DNA of 64,000 nucleotides, taken from the NCBI GenBank assembly GCA_010015585.1, contig ML975183.1; one strand, 5' to 3'. A program made the position numbers and the translations under genes. This document shows positions 24,137-37,244 of this stretch, one piece after another. The notes under the pieces are model-generated. The model did not search any database and had not been told where the DNA came from. It saw nothing but the letters and a program-made list of their open reading frames with translations. The stretch is from Eremomyces bilateralis CBS 781.70. Taxonomy: Eukaryota. Position 1 is the stretch's first letter. Each line of letters starts with the position of its first letter.

Positions 24137-26363
24137 TCAATCCACATCATCTTCGTCCTCGTCCTGGGGAACATCAACGCCCAACATCTTCATCAGGTTT
24201 CGAGACGGGCCAGGCGCCCCTCCCTCTGCAGAAAGGGACTCTAGTAGGTTGGCTAGGACGCGATATTCCTCGGAATCTTGACCATCTGCCTCATTGCCAT
24301 CCAAATTGTCAGCCACTCGCGCCTTGCCCTTGCCTGTCGATCCATATGACCGCGCCGTTGGTGGAGCATCGATGTTCAAAGCGCCAGCGTCTCGTAATTC
24401 TTGCTCCATCTGTGCCAGCTCGTCGTACGAATTATCCTCTCCGTCACTTGGAGCACTTTGCTGCTCCCATGGATCCTTTTGCTCGTTTGACTTAGGCTTG
24501 GAATCAGTCTTGACCTTGCTTTTCGTCATCTCGAACAAGGCAGGGCCACCGAGGTCTACGGCCGTAAAAGTGACATGGAGTGCTTCCCTTTGCCTTTCTC
24601 GTGATTCTTCCCGTTCGTGCCATAGTAGCTCCCTTTTCACTCGAGCCCACTCCGAAGGGACAACCGTCTTGACGCCCCAGTTGTTTGAGCCCGGAGGCGG
24701 ATCTGGCCCTAATGCTGCTCGGCCTGTTCCTGCGGCCGCGTGATGATGGGCGGGCTTAGATGCTATTTCACGCAAGGTCTTGTTGAAAGCTTCTTCATCG
24801 ACCTGGTCGGAGCTGTTGCCCGAAGATGAGACATCGGACCATGCGTCATCCGGGTCATTATCGATGTCCATCTCGTCCATATCGTCGACCCCTTCTAAAC
24901 CTGCCTCCTCGTCCTGCATGAAAGCTCGTGTTCGAGATAGGAGGTTTTGCAACGCATCTGGGGCGGTAGACTTTTCAACCGCGCTTGATTTCGCCTTCTC
25001 CGTGTTGCTCCGGGAAGTTTCTTTAGAAGTCTCTACTTCAGAAACCTTGCCTGCGCCTGCATCGCCCGAGCCACCATCAAGTGCATGATTGAAGTCATTC
25101 CAATCAACATCCATCCATCCTTCCGAATCTTCGCCTCGCTGCATATTTTCGATCAAGGCATCATCGGAGGGCATTTCTGCTTCGCCTGCTTCCAGATCGT
25201 CCAACAAGATCTCCAGCTCAAGGACATCCTTACGGGCGTTCGACTTGGGATTGCCCAAGAGCATCTCAAAGCCACTGGTTAGTTTCATTCCGACGTCCAA
25301 CCGCCGCTGTCTCAATGTATTCTCCTCAGATTGGGATTCGCCATTCACGGCACCATGGACGTCGAACCATGAGGCAGGGGGTGCGAACTCCTGTGTCCGG
25401 ATCTGCGCATACCCAACGCGGGAAAAGAGAACACTGATGTTTACGAGATCAGTAGGAGGAAGTTGAAGATTTTTCCCCGGCTCCCGCCTCAGGAAACGCA
25501 TGGAGCTCGGATCGCGGAGATGGAATGCTTCAACTGCGGCCGACACTATCCTCGGTCGTTGAAGTAGCAAGAATGCTAGTTTTCGCGGCACGGTCACAAT
25601 TGACCGGTGTAGGTTGGTATGGATAGTTTTTGGATGCCCTGCGATCCTTGAAAAGGCTGAATTGCTGAGTGTAGAGGTCGAATGGAGCGGTGGGGTCGGT
25701 CCGGACGAAAGGTATTTGAGGGCAACGGAAAGTGGTAGTTCTGGGGGGAGCTGTGGAGATATTGATATGATGCGAACCATGCCATTGTTTATCCAGACCT
25801 GAATGGTTATCAGCACTGCTTCCTGTGTAACTTGCAGCAGCTTACTCGATTGGCGTCGTTTTCTGGCGTGAGCCATTTTGGGACCTTATCTGCAGCCTCG
25901 ATGGCAAGAAATTCGCCGTCAGGATCGTGAACGCGGATCCAGACATCATCGAATTTGAGACTCAATTCTCGGAGGATCCATACTATGAGCCATTCGTCTG
26001 CGACCGAGTCACCGATGTTCGTGCTGCCACCGAGTATCCATCTGTCTATTCGATGTTAGGAGAGAATGCCCCCTGGATCAAGGTCATCTGGCAAGTAAAA
26101 CGGCCGACGTACATACCGAGCTCTCTGCTTAAAGCCAATTCAAACTTGTCTTTGTGCCATATGTATTCCCGAAGATATCTTTTCTCCAGTTCGGCAGCAG
26201 CAGTTTTCACTTCCGCCAACCGAGTCCTCACTTGGCTCCCTGTAAGGTTCGCATTCAACACGGAAATGGTATATTCCACTGTGTCGTTGACCGTCTGGCG
26301 AGGAAACCCGTCAAACCCTTCACCAAACGGTTTCAGGCCTGGTTCTGTGCCGTTGTCACCCAT
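24137..26363 (-). CDS. ECD: Ecdysoneless/SGT1 family protein. Exons 26363-26117, 26045-25846, 25798-24137.
   Basis: YIWHKDKFEL, GSTNIGDSVADEWLIVWILREL, DPDGEFLAIEAA..PKWLTPE..NRVWI, SAAVEAFHLRDP, GMKLTSGFEML, NLLESL..GGAPGP. Confidence 0.88.
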
Positions 26364-27084
26364 CACTTCGAACTAGTACAACTCTATTTTTGTTGAAGCA
26401 TTGAACGATCGTCTAAACCAGGTATGGTTGAGGCCTCCAGGACGGAATAGAGGTGTGACTTCTAATGATGTCTAACCAACTGGGGGCCAACGTATATCCA
26501 GGTCCCGAAGCTCTTTAGATGAGTTTTCTGAGCTGAGTGCTAATGTTTTCGGGACTACAATGCTGAATGGGATAGGGACACCCGTTCAAGGTTTCCGGTG
26601 CACTTTTATGTTGACATCAACCGGTAGTATCGTCTCAATCCAGTGACAGGTATAAGTCAAGCGTAGGAATAGGCGTAGTATGTTTTTCAGGTTTCCGTGA
26701 ACAGCGTGATATGATTCTGTAATAATAATTCAGATATAATCCTCCGTAGGTACCTGACAAAACATGAACCAGACGGAAATCTCTAGTTGATGCCTGGGGC
26801 AGTAAGGCATGCGTATTGCTGCCACGATCAAGCACATGACCTGTGGCTGGTTCATATTTGTAGCCTTGTGTCCTTGCGACCCATGACGCAAATAGTGCCT
26901 TTCGTCCGCCATGGTTTGTTTACCTTTTGACCGCATCCCAAACATCAAGCTGTATGCAATGACTACCATTCCGACTCCATCGCTATCCGGAGTCCCTGGG
27001 GTTTTGGACGCGCATTGCACCCGATATCCTATGACTTGATCTCTACGCGTCAACGCCCACCTGGATTGGATATCCGTCTTCGCA

Positions 27085-30000
27085 ATGGCGAACCTATTCC
27101 CACCATCGTCCCCCGACTATTCCTTCTCTATGGCCTCGCCATCCAAGTTGTTTGGTCCAAGTGCATCAGTCGAGCCGTCATTTATATCTCCGATCAAGAA
27201 CCGAAATGATCTTCTTGTGCATATGCAAGGGAAACGAGGCATCAACAGTACTCTTCTCCAGACGCCTCGAGCACCTGTGGCAGGTCGCTCTGGTAACCCC
27301 ACGAAGACGGAGTTCACACCTCTACTCAAATCAGCGACACGAAACAGCGCACGGAATACTGCGAAACATATCGGGAGAAACAGTATCATCCCAGAGAGAA
27401 AACTGCGAACTCCCGCAGCACTGAGGAATGGGTACAAGTTCTCGTCGCCAGCGCTGCCCGAAGCCAGCGAGGTTTTCGGTTCGGGAATGGGTTCTATAGT
27501 GGAAGAAGATGAGACCGATGACACACCAGTCATTCCTGGTGGTAGTAGCAGTGCTGTGAGCACTCCGGGCGTGATGATGGGCAGGGGTCAAGATGCTGTG
27601 CTGGACAATGGAAACGTCCTCACTTTACGAGACCAGGAAGCCGTAAGTGTTCGATGGGACCCAAGAATTTCCGCCTACTAATACAGTGGTAGAAGCTCGA
27701 ACAGATCGACAAGGAGAACTTTGGCTTAAAGCTCAAGATTCACTTCCTCGAGGAGAATATCAAGAAAATGGGTCCCGAATTCAACCAGCAAACATTACGA
27801 GAAAACGCCGATCTCAAGGTGACAAGGCAGCAGCTCGAAGTCGAGATCAAGCGATACAAACGACAGGTTAAATTGGCCGAAGAAGAACTTGAGAAGTATC
27901 GAGAACAACTGCGACAGTACGCCAACAACATGCGGAGCCGACACCAAGCAGAAGCTGGCCAGGAAGAACTCGACCAAGCCCAGCGCATTACGGACGAACA
28001 GGCCATGGAGATCGAGACTCTACAAAGACGCATTGAAGTTTATGAGCAAATGAGCCTCGAGACCGAACAGCTTCAGGCAGATATTCAAGACCTGGAGATC
28101 GACCTGCGCGAAAAGGACCGTCTGGCGGATGAGAAGGACGAGAAGATCGAAGAGCTGCAGAGCAAGGTTGAGGAGCTTCAAAATGAAGATCACAACGAAT
28201 CGGAGGAGAAAGAACGGTTCATACAACAGCAAGATGACCGAATATCCGACCTGGAGGAGGAGCTGCGACGCACCCAGAGAGAAAAAGAGGAAGCCGAGGA
28301 TTTTCTGGCAGACAAGCAAGATGATCCCGACGGTGTCCACCAATCATTTGTTGACCGCTTGAGTGAACGGATCGAATCATCCGAACAGCGCCGCCAGGAT
28401 GAAGTGTCCGACCTCCGTCGTGAGTTACGCGATGTTCGCGCCGAACGGGATTCAACGGTATGGACTCTGGAACAAGGACTGCAGAGTCTGGAGAGGGAAA
28501 AGCGTGAGGAGATCAACTCTCTGGAAGCCCGTCTTCGATTAGCAGAAAGCAAAGGCGACAATCAATATCACCTTGCTCAACAGGCTGCAGCGACCGCTCA
28601 AGAGCAGCTTCGTCATGTCATACAGGAGAATGAGACGGAGATTAATACTTTGCGGACAAGAGTGGAAGCGGCGGAAGATGCGCAGTTTCAAGCGCAAGAA
28701 CTAGATCTCCAACTGCGGGATCTGACCACCGAAGTGGAACGTCGGAGACACAGCGACAAGGTTCGAGATGAAGAGCTCACTGAACTGCGAGAAGCATACA
28801 GCCGGAAAGACCGCGAAGTATCCTCATTGAAATCCGTATCTACGCAACGCGATGAAGCGATCAAGGAGCTCGACAAAACTAAGGGACTCTTAACCGAACG
28901 CGATCGTGAAATTCTACGAATCATGGATACGATCCGATCTCTTGAATCTCAGCTGTCCACCATGGAATCCCAAGTCAAGGAGCTTTCCACTCTGCGATCC
29001 ACTCTAGCAGAAAAAGATCGAGAAATATCTTCCGTACGAGCTGCTCTGCAAGAACGAACTGCGGAACTTGACATCCTTCGCGAAGTTGCAAATAACGAAG
29101 AGGAGGAGAAGACACACCTGGATGCAATGCACGATCTTGTGCAAGATCGTAATGCTGAGATTGAAGCCCTTCGGTCTGCCACCAACACTTCGCAACGCAG
29201 TCTGGAAGAGTTACAGCAAACAGCAGATGCGCGCCTGAAGGAAATTCGAGACCTAAAGGAAGCGCTCGCTGCGCAGAAGACGGAGCTGGAAGAAGAGATT
29301 CAGGTTCTGGAAACCGACTACGATGAATTGCAGTCCGAAAAGGAGGGGATGCGAGTCAAGGTCGAGGTGCTTGAATTCCAGGCGGCAGAATCCAACGAAC
29401 TCAAACCTAGGGTCGAGAGTCTGGAGAAAGAACTTCGAGCTGCACACGCCGAGAGGGATATTTTGCAAAAGCAGACGGACAAGATCCACAATGATTTGAC
29501 GTCGAATCTTCAGGACCGAACATCAGTCCGATCAGTGCTCGAGTCTCGAAATGCCGAGCTACAGGCGCAGCTGAACGATGCTCGGGAGAAAGTGTCTACC
29601 CTCAATTCCGAGATCGCCTCTCTGAAGTCCCAAGTATCTAATATGGAAACGACTCTTCGCTCCGAAACCCGTTCGAAAGAGACGACCATGTCTAAGCAAA
29701 ATCGAGACCTTGCCGACCTGAGAACCCAGCTGAAACTCGCACACTCTGAAATGGCCGTCCTTCGCTCCTCACATCGATCCCCATCGATGTCGCCTTCTGC
29801 TCGGAGACTCCAGGAAGCAGAAATGCAGGAGTTACAAGACTTGTTACAGACGTCTAAAAACGAACTGCAGTCCTTACGGCAAGCTACTTCACAAAAGGAT
29901 CGCGAGTTGTCGCGCCTCACCAAGGAATTAAACCTAAAGTCATCAGAGCTGCGGAAAGCACTTCGAACAGCGAAGCATGTGCGGGATGAGACACAAACCC

Positions 30001-30552
30001 AACGGATCGATGCTGTGGCTGAGGCAGCCGGACTTGAAAAGGCATTGCTTGAGGTTGAAGGGAAGCTGGAAGAAGCTGAAGATCAACTTGAAACCGGCGA
30101 GCGGACCATGAAGGATGCTGCGAAGAAGCATGCCGCAGAGCTGAAAGGTCTGATGAAGCAGATTTCCTGGTTACGAGCACGGTTTGCGCGGGAGCAAGAC
30201 TTCAGGAAAGGCTTGGCCTTTGAAAAAAGATTCATGCTGATGCAAGTCGAAATGTACAACGAATGGTATGTCGCCCTTCCAATATGGCAACGCACAGTAC
30301 GGCTAACATTAGAATAGTAACAAGGAAGATCTCCGACTTGTCGAAGAGATGGGGATCACCCCCGACGCGTCCTTCTATGATGCTTCGAGGCGGCCTTCAT
30401 TACGAGCTGTGGGACTGGCTGTGATCGCCACTCTCAGAATGAAGAGTCTCAAGGACAACTGGTCAGTGAATAAGAAGGTGCATGACGTGCTGGTCAAGAA
30501 GGCCGGGGAGTTGAGACGGCAGAATCGCAAGGCGTCTCAGTATGTACGATGA
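27085..30552 (+). CDS. PCP1: Spindle pole body pericentrin-like protein (CM1 gamma-tubulin-binding motif, long coiled coil, PACT domain). Exons 27085-27642, 27693-30265, 30318-30552.
   Basis: CM1 LTLRDQEAKLEQIDKENFGLKLKIHFLEE spans intron 1. PACT REQDFRKGLAFEKRFM..PSLRAVGLAVIATLRM spans intron 2. Confidence 0.88.
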
Positions 30553-30913
30553 TGTTCGGGTTGGGTGCAAGAAATGAGGGATGAAATTTCGCCTGTGTCT
30601 CCAAATTTGGGATGGGACATGTTGCATGAGTGGTGTTGCTCGGATGGCTTTGGACTCATAAGTCATACTGTTAGCGGAGTGTATTGTTTTGGTGTCTTTT
30701 CTATCCAACGTTCCAACGGATCTTGCTGCTTTAACCAATGCCCAATCCATCAGATATGATCTGTCATCAATAAATGAATCATTCCAAAGTCCAAGAGTAG
30801 ATGCCGCATGTCACTGATGCAATGAACTATTACTACGCTGGTTGAAATAGTTACTCCTTTCCCGCTTACGATAGGTCCGCTAGACCAGTGCCAAATTCTT
30901 CCTTTAGACATGA

Positions 30914-31648
30914 TTACGATCCTCCTCTTATTTCTTTCATCGCGTCCGGCTTAGGAAGAGATTCCGGCCCGAAGGACATGGGAAGAAGCTGCTCGTCCGC
31001 ACGCTTAGTCTAGTTCAGCATCGATATGGCAAGATTGAACTCACCTCTTCCATGGTCTTGACGACGTACTCGCCATCCTGTCCATGCATGATGATTGGCA
31101 TTGTGGGCTGTCCTCCCACGCGGTTTCAGTCTTGACTCTGCTTGAATATTACATAGTGGTAGATGGAAACCATACCTCGCAGAACTCCCGGAGGAATTGC
31201 CTACACATCCCGCATGGACTTGCTAGGGTGCCAACCAGGTCCGTAGCCACCGCTATGGCCTTGAGGTCGCCATATTTCCATCCTGCAACGACCGCGGCGG
31301 TGACAGCGGCACGTTCGGCACACGTTCCGACCGGATATGACGCGTTCTCAACATTGGCCCCGAGAATAAGTCCTTTCTCCGGGTCCGCGGCGTCTTTGCG
31401 GAGAAGCGCGCAGCCAACCCGGAATTGCGAATACGGACCTGATGGCGAACCAGATAAGTACGGCGCTTGGGGAACTGGAGCGGGATAGGTACGTCGGGAT
31501 AGGAATAGGACCTATTGGACAAAGACTAATCGTTCAACATACAATAAGCCAATGCCTTTGCTTCGTTGGACTTCGCCGTCAACAGTTGGACCTCCGCAGC
31601 GGATAGTCCCGACACCGACTCTTCCGATTGAGATATCAAGTTCGGCAT
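30914..31648 (-). CDS. CDD1: Cytidine deaminase (homotetrameric type), about 168 aa. Exons 31648-31543, 31438-31176, 31107-31045, 30988-30914.
   Basis: Manual translation: AYCPYSQFRVGCALL, GANVENASYPVGTCAERAA, ASPCGMCRQFLREF, LLPMSFGPE. Three GT-AG introns keep the frame. Absent from the ORF track. Confidence 0.95.
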
Positions 31649-32394
31649 GGCTGATTACTGGAACAGTGGCTGGATCGTGATGTTGAGGGGCATTTGTACT
31701 TTGATAACGATGGATAGATAGACACAGCAGAGGCAAAGGCCAAAGTCAACACGATCAGGATCCGATATGGTTACATTCCGATGTTCTCACGCTGTGTGAC
31801 ATTGAAGGAGGCGGACCCACTACGCCCCGGAGAGCTCTACGGAATCCAGAATATGAACAGAATAATAAAATCCCGATTATGAGCACAAGTATCATATTCG
31901 ATCGGAAAGTACAGCAAAGAGGACTAAGGTTCTTACCTTATCAAATCAAAAGACCATCACCGGGCCTCTTGTTTTAACAATACTGGAACAGTATTCAGTT
32001 GCGAACTACTGTCTTTCCGACGACGCAGCTTTTTTGGAACCATTCAACGCCGGCCACTACATACTTAATATACATTGTATTCGCGATTGTCGAATATAAG
32101 CTGCACACCCTGAACTCCCCATCACTCATGAGTCAGAGCCCATCCGCCGGGCTGATTGACTGTCTCTGTTGCCTTGCAAGGTGTAGTCATTATGCAATCG
32201 CCGTCTCGTTAGGTATGATATCGATCGCTCGCTGGCCCTCGGTAAGCGTCAATGCCCTCTTACGGCCATCTCGAAGATAGGTTCGGGCACAGGCGCGAAC
32301 TCTTGTAGGTCTAGCCGTGTATCCATCACTGAGGACTCGAGACATCGATGGAATGCGTCCAGAATAGTTTATTCTTCGGAGGGTCTCATATAGT

Positions 32395-33563
32395 TCATCC
32401 ATCGGTGGCCATGAGCTCATCAGGATGCTCGGAATCTACACCAGTGCCGTTCGGAACAGCAGAAGAATCCCGATTTCGCTGACGGACCATGACCTGCCAG
32501 TCCGTCAAGGACGCCACAGGGCCACCTTCAATTGTGATATCGTGATCGTCTGCTTCAATGCCAAGTACCGTACCCTGGAAGCGTGATTGGTCTCCGGTCT
32601 TGCTATGCTTCCTCTTCAATGCTGTGGTCCGAATTAGCATAAACTGTCTCATGGAAGGAAATACCGTAGGATGCGGGCAATCATACCTGTTAAATAGTCT
32701 AGCCTCTCTTTTTCCCCATCTAGCTCCATAAGATCGTCCGATTTTAGCATCCCCGCAATCCGCATGATCTCCTTATTCCCATCGCCTTGGACCCAGTCGA
32801 TGAACTCCTGTATATCCTTGGTGTCTTCCTCCGTTCTCCGATCTTCTTCTTTCTGCGCACCCTTGCCTTCGCCAGTGGGCTTTCGCATCGCCTCAATCCA
32901 TGCTTCTTCGGAAGCGGTCATGGTGGTCGTGAAACAGCCGGCATCGTCCATGGCCATGCGGACATCCGTGATCGTCGGGGTCGCGTCGTTATGATTCCCA
33001 TATGCATGAGCGACGGTTCGAGTAGCGAGAAGTAGTAGATGCTTTGCAGTAATATCCGTCAGAGCTTCAATCACCGACGGTCGAGCAGAATGGAAGCCCG
33101 CAGCGCGTAGAATTTGCAGGACGGCTGGTCGAGTCAACATGTGCATGATCTCGCGGGCAGACATGTTGGTCCGATATCTCTTCTGCTGCACAAACTCAGG
33201 CGGCCTGTAATATCCGGGACATATTGATTTCTCGACTCTCTCGGGATCCGGATGGGGTGGTGCCACTAGATTCGGACGGTTCCTAAACCTGGTGTAGTCT
33301 CTCTTCTCTAGCTTTCTGGGACTGGAGAGTTCGGCCCTGTCGACATGGAGATGTTCCTCCTCGTGTCGTGGTGAGCGTCGAACAATCCAAGAAGAAGGAG
33401 CGCTAGAGTTCTTGGCGGGCGGAGGGGTGGAAGGCGGCGGGGTGGAAGGAGCCGAGGTGGAAGGAGCCGGGGTGGAAGGTGGAACCGCCAAACCACCGGC
33501 AGGATCGCTATCCCTGTTATCCAGAGCATCACGTGCTTTGTATGTGAGCCTGAACTGAACCAT
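32395..33563 (-). CDS. Bromodomain-associated (BTP) histone-fold protein, TAF3-like. Exons 33563 (or 33164)-32687, 32621-32395.
   Basis: LTRPAVLQILRAAGFHSARPSVIEALTDI..LLLLA..PTITDVRMAM is a BTP histone fold; C-terminal LKRKHSKTG..RFQGTVLG. Start codon ambiguous. Confidence 0.75.
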
Positions 33564-34010
33564 GTTGAAGTTGCAAGATGCAAGTTGCAAGTTGGTACTG
33601 TATCAGACGCTTGAAATCGACGAGAACCCAGGAAATGAAGTTATTTGTTACTGAAAAGGCAAATGAGACTTTCAGAAGTTTCAAGGACGAAGTGACCAAG
33701 TCATAAGGTGCTCTTACGCAGGCGAATATCAGATGTGTTATGGTTTGAGCGTGCATGTGTGAGCACTTGATTCAGGTAGACCTACAACTACAAAGCACTC
33801 TTCTTTCCTCCAGGGGAACCACACGGCTCGAAAGAGAATCGCCTTCTTTTCATCGAACTCTCTTCCATCCGCGTTCCTCTTGGATCCAATGCGGTCTTAG
33901 GATCCTCATTATATCTCTACCACGAACCGCATTCAACCCTCCATTTCCGCAACCCTTTACCCGATTTTCGAGCAACTCCGACACACTTAATCCGACCATC
34001 GCCTAGAACC

Positions 34011-35609
34011 ATGACAGGTGGCAGCGGCAAACCAACCGGGCTAAAGCTGAAGCTGCCAAAAAGTCAGTCAGCGGCGGAACCGGAGAGCTCATCAACACCT
34101 AAGCTCAGGTTAAACTTCAAGGGCATTACAACGCCCGCAACCGAGAACCCTCCATCAATTCAACCTTCGCCCGAGCAACCGAAACCAAAGCGAAAGTACA
34201 CCAAGAAACCGAAAGGAGACGCTGCTCCCACACCGAACAAGAAGCGGCCAATCGACGATGAATCATCGGCGCGGCCGAAGAAACGAATCAACAAAGCCTC
34301 CATAGCTGGCGCTGCGAGGAAGGGCGCCCTGACGCCGGTTCTGAAGTTGAAAAGCGCGGTTTCGGCGGACAAACCCCTTCCGAAGGTTCAGAAAGATGTC
34401 CGAATGAAGATCAAGGTGCAGGGGAAGCCCCCCGAGAGGCCCATCGGAGTAGGTTATGACAGCGAAGACGATGAGGTCGAGAAGGATCCCGCAATCGAAC
34501 AAGCGTTCATCATCCGGTTTCTCCCCAACGCCGACCTCGACTACGTACGCCAGTGTGTCCAGGAGAAGCGAGTGGGATTGCGACGCGATGAGGGTGGGCT
34601 GGACATGCACTTGCGCTTCTTCGACCGCGAGGGACGACGGGCGGTTGTCGTCATTCGCAAATCAATATATGCGGCGGTGCTAGTAGATTTACCTTGCGTC
34701 GCCGAGGGCATGAAGAGTTGGGACCGGAAAGGATGGTACAAATCGGTCGATGTCTATCAGATGCTGCTCGTCCTCGGCCCGGTCGGGGACGAGGGGGAGG
34801 CCAAGACCTATCCGCTACCGAACGAGGTGGATCCGACAACGTGGCAGTATGCCCATGGGCTCACGCCGCCGATGCATCACGCGAGGAAGCGCCGGTTCCG
34901 ACAACGGGTCAGCTTCCGAACGATCGAAGAAGTGGAGGAGAAGGTGGAGCGCTTGTTGGAGGCGGACAAAAAGGCGCAGGCGTCCGGCGGGTCATCTATC
35001 TACACTCTGACGGACGGTGCGGCCGTACGAGAGGGCTCAGACGCCGGGGAAGCGGAAGACGAAGACTACGGATACGGACAGCCGCACGAGCAGGAAGGCA
35101 TGGTCATCGATGAGGAGATGATGGAGGCGGATGTCGACGACATGGCAAAAATGTTCGAGGCCGAGTTCGAAGAAGACGCGGAAGGCGAGCCGGCGGACTT
35201 GGACACGGTCGCGGTTCAGGGACACGCCGGTGACGATGGAGAGATCGTGGTCGACGCCGATGCAGCAGCGGCGATCGCATCGCGGGGCGGTAACACGGCC
35301 GTAGTTGTAGAAGCGAGTCCAGCCGCTGACACCGGGGACGATGACGATGACGACGATGACGATGACGACGCGGATGCGGTGGCAGACGAGGAGGATGAGG
35401 ATTTCGTTGCCGCTCAACAGGAGCTGCTCGGAATTAAGGAACAGATCACCGAACTGGAGAATGACGTCCAGTACTATCGAGGGAAGCTCGATCAGGAGGC
35501 CAACAAGTTGTTGCGTGGCCGTCTGCAGAAGAACATTGAGCAACGCGAAGCGGATCTGGAGATCAAGAAGAGAGAGTATGTCGAGAAAGGGGGTGTCCTT
35601 GATGACTAG
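34011..35609 (+). CDS. TAF7: TFIID subunit Taf7 (TAFII55 N-terminal domain), single exon with acidic tracts
   Basis: IEQAFIIRF, YAAVLVDLPCVAEGMKSWD..YKSVDVYQML, HGLTPPMHHARKRRFR; C-terminal coiled coil. Confidence 0.92.
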   Translation: MTGGSGKPTGLKLKLPKSQSAAEPESSSTPKLRLNFKGITTPATENPPSIQPSPEQPKPKRKYTKKPKGDAAPTPNKKRPIDDESSARPKKRINKASIAGAARKGALTPVLKLKSAVSADKPLPKVQKDVRMKIKVQGKPPERPIGVGYDSEDDEVEKDPAIEQAFIIRFLPNADLDYVRQCVQEKRVGLRRDEGGLDMHLRFFDREGRRAVVVIRKSIYAAVLVDLPCVAEGMKSWDRKGWYKSVDVYQMLLVLGPVGDEGEAKTYPLPNEVDPTTWQYAHGLTPPMHHARKRRFRQRVSFRTIEEVEEKVERLLEADKKAQASGGSSIYTLTDGAAVREGSDAGEAEDEDYGYGQPHEQEGMVIDEEMMEADVDDMAKMFEAEFEEDAEGEPADLDTVAVQGHAGDDGEIVVDADAAAAIASRGGNTAVVVEASPAADTGDDDDDDDDDDDADAVADEEDEDFVAAQQELLGIKEQITELENDVQYYRGKLDQEANKLLRGRLQKNIEQREADLEIKKREYVEKGGVLDD

Positions 35610-35934
35610 ACACTACGATGGCCTGTCTCCGGTGGGAGGGAGTGAATAGCATTCAGGCTCAAGCATTAGTGTATTCAGACCATGGTCACATCTAACGAAA
35701 GTTCATTGTTCTAGTTATCGCCTCAATCCCCTGAGGTCTTCGTAATTTTGTGCAGACCGCATATTGGAACTGCTTTTATTCCCAGTGATGCTTCCCTTCC
35801 ATTTCTAGCGAGATTTTGACGTGAATCCCATACATGTTGTTGAACTGAAGAACTCAACCGCAAAGCTGCGTCCTCGCCAACGAATCTCTCTCTTCTTGAC
35901 GTTTTGAAACGCCTATTGTACCAACTCCGCGACT

Positions 35935-37244
35935 TTAATGACCATTAAGTATGCCATTCGCCGCGGTCGCGGTCTTCGGATTCACTGTGCGTTCTAGAGC
36001 CACCAACACGTCCGCGACCAGGTCCTCCCCGTCTTCAACACCGCAGCTGACCCGCACCAGATCGTCGAAGACCCCGGCGGCCTCCCTCTGGTCCTTGGGG
36101 ATGCCCGCATGCGTCATGGCCCCGGGGACCTCGACCAGGCTTTCCACTCCCCCTAAACTCTCGGCCAGCGTGAAGATGCGCGTCTCCCGGCAGAACCGTT
36201 CGGCCGCCGCCTGCCCGCCGCGGACCCGGAACGACAGCATGCCACCGCCCAGGCCGGATCGGTGCTGCTTGATCGCGACGCTGCGTTGATGATGCGAGGC
36301 TAATCCGGGATAGTTCACGGCGATCACGTGCGGCGACTGTTCCAGCGCCGTGGCGACCATGGTGGCGTTTTTGCTGGCTTCGCGAGCCCGGAGGTGGAGC
36401 GTCTTCAGGCCGCGGTGAGCGAGCCAGCAGTCGAATGCGCCAGGAACCGCACCGATCGCGTTCTGAAGGAAGGAGAGCCTCTCGTGGAGGTCGGGCGAAT
36501 TGAACGCCGCAACGCCCATCAAGACGTCCGAGTGGCCATTGATGTATTTCGTGACGGAATGCACGACGATGTCAGCGCCGTGAAGGAGGGGCTGTTGGAT
36601 GTACGGGGAAAGGAAGGTATTGTCGACCACGACCAAGATCCCATGGTCGTGTGCGATGCGGGCGACGGCTCGGATATCGACGAGGGACAGCGTCGGGTTA
36701 GAAGGCGTCTCGATCCATATGAGCTTCGTGGCCGGTTTAATGAGCGTGGCCACATCAATCTCAATGCTGGGGGAGAACGTCACCGATACCCCGTGGGCCT
36801 TGGCGACCTTGGTGAAATATCGATGCGTTCCTCCATACACATCGGAGACGGAGATGACATGGGAACCGGAGGCGAGAGATTGAAGGATGGTCGCGGTGGT
36901 GGCACTTCCCGAGGAGAAGGCAAGAGCGTAGCGCGCGGACTCGAGGGCAGCAAGGGCCTTCTCGAAGTTATCGCGATTAGGATTCGAGGACCGAGTGTAC
37001 TCATACGCTCCCACGGGTTTCCCCACCTCGGTTTGAGCGAAGGTGGTGGATAGAGAGATCTACGGGGCAATGTTATTAGCGCTTGGAATCGGACTGCGTT
37101 TGGGACCACACATACCGATTCTATGACCGCTCCAGTCACAGGATCATGGGGCGAGCCAGCATGGACAGCGAGAGTTCCAAACTTGTGAACGGGTGAAGGA
37201 GCGCGGGGCGGAGTGTCGATGACATCGTGATCCGGGGCCGTCAT
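35935..37244 (-). CDS. CYS3: Cystathionine gamma-lyase. Exons 37244-37116, 37059-35935.
   Basis: FGTLAVHAG, ISLSTTF, YEYTRSSNPNR, YGGTHRYF, ETPSNP, DNTF, HSVTKYINGHSDV (PLP lysine), LAESLGGVESL. Confidence 0.95.

Noticed and set aside
31084..31488. 134-aa + strand ORF
   Set aside because: Antisense to cytidine deaminase exons 2-3.
32190..32420. 76-aa ORF overlapping the end of the TAF3-like gene
   Set aside because: No splice path or motif supports it; probably 3' UTR.
35338..35369. (GAY)n trinucleotide run in TAF7
   Set aside because: Ordinary poly-Asp coding tract.
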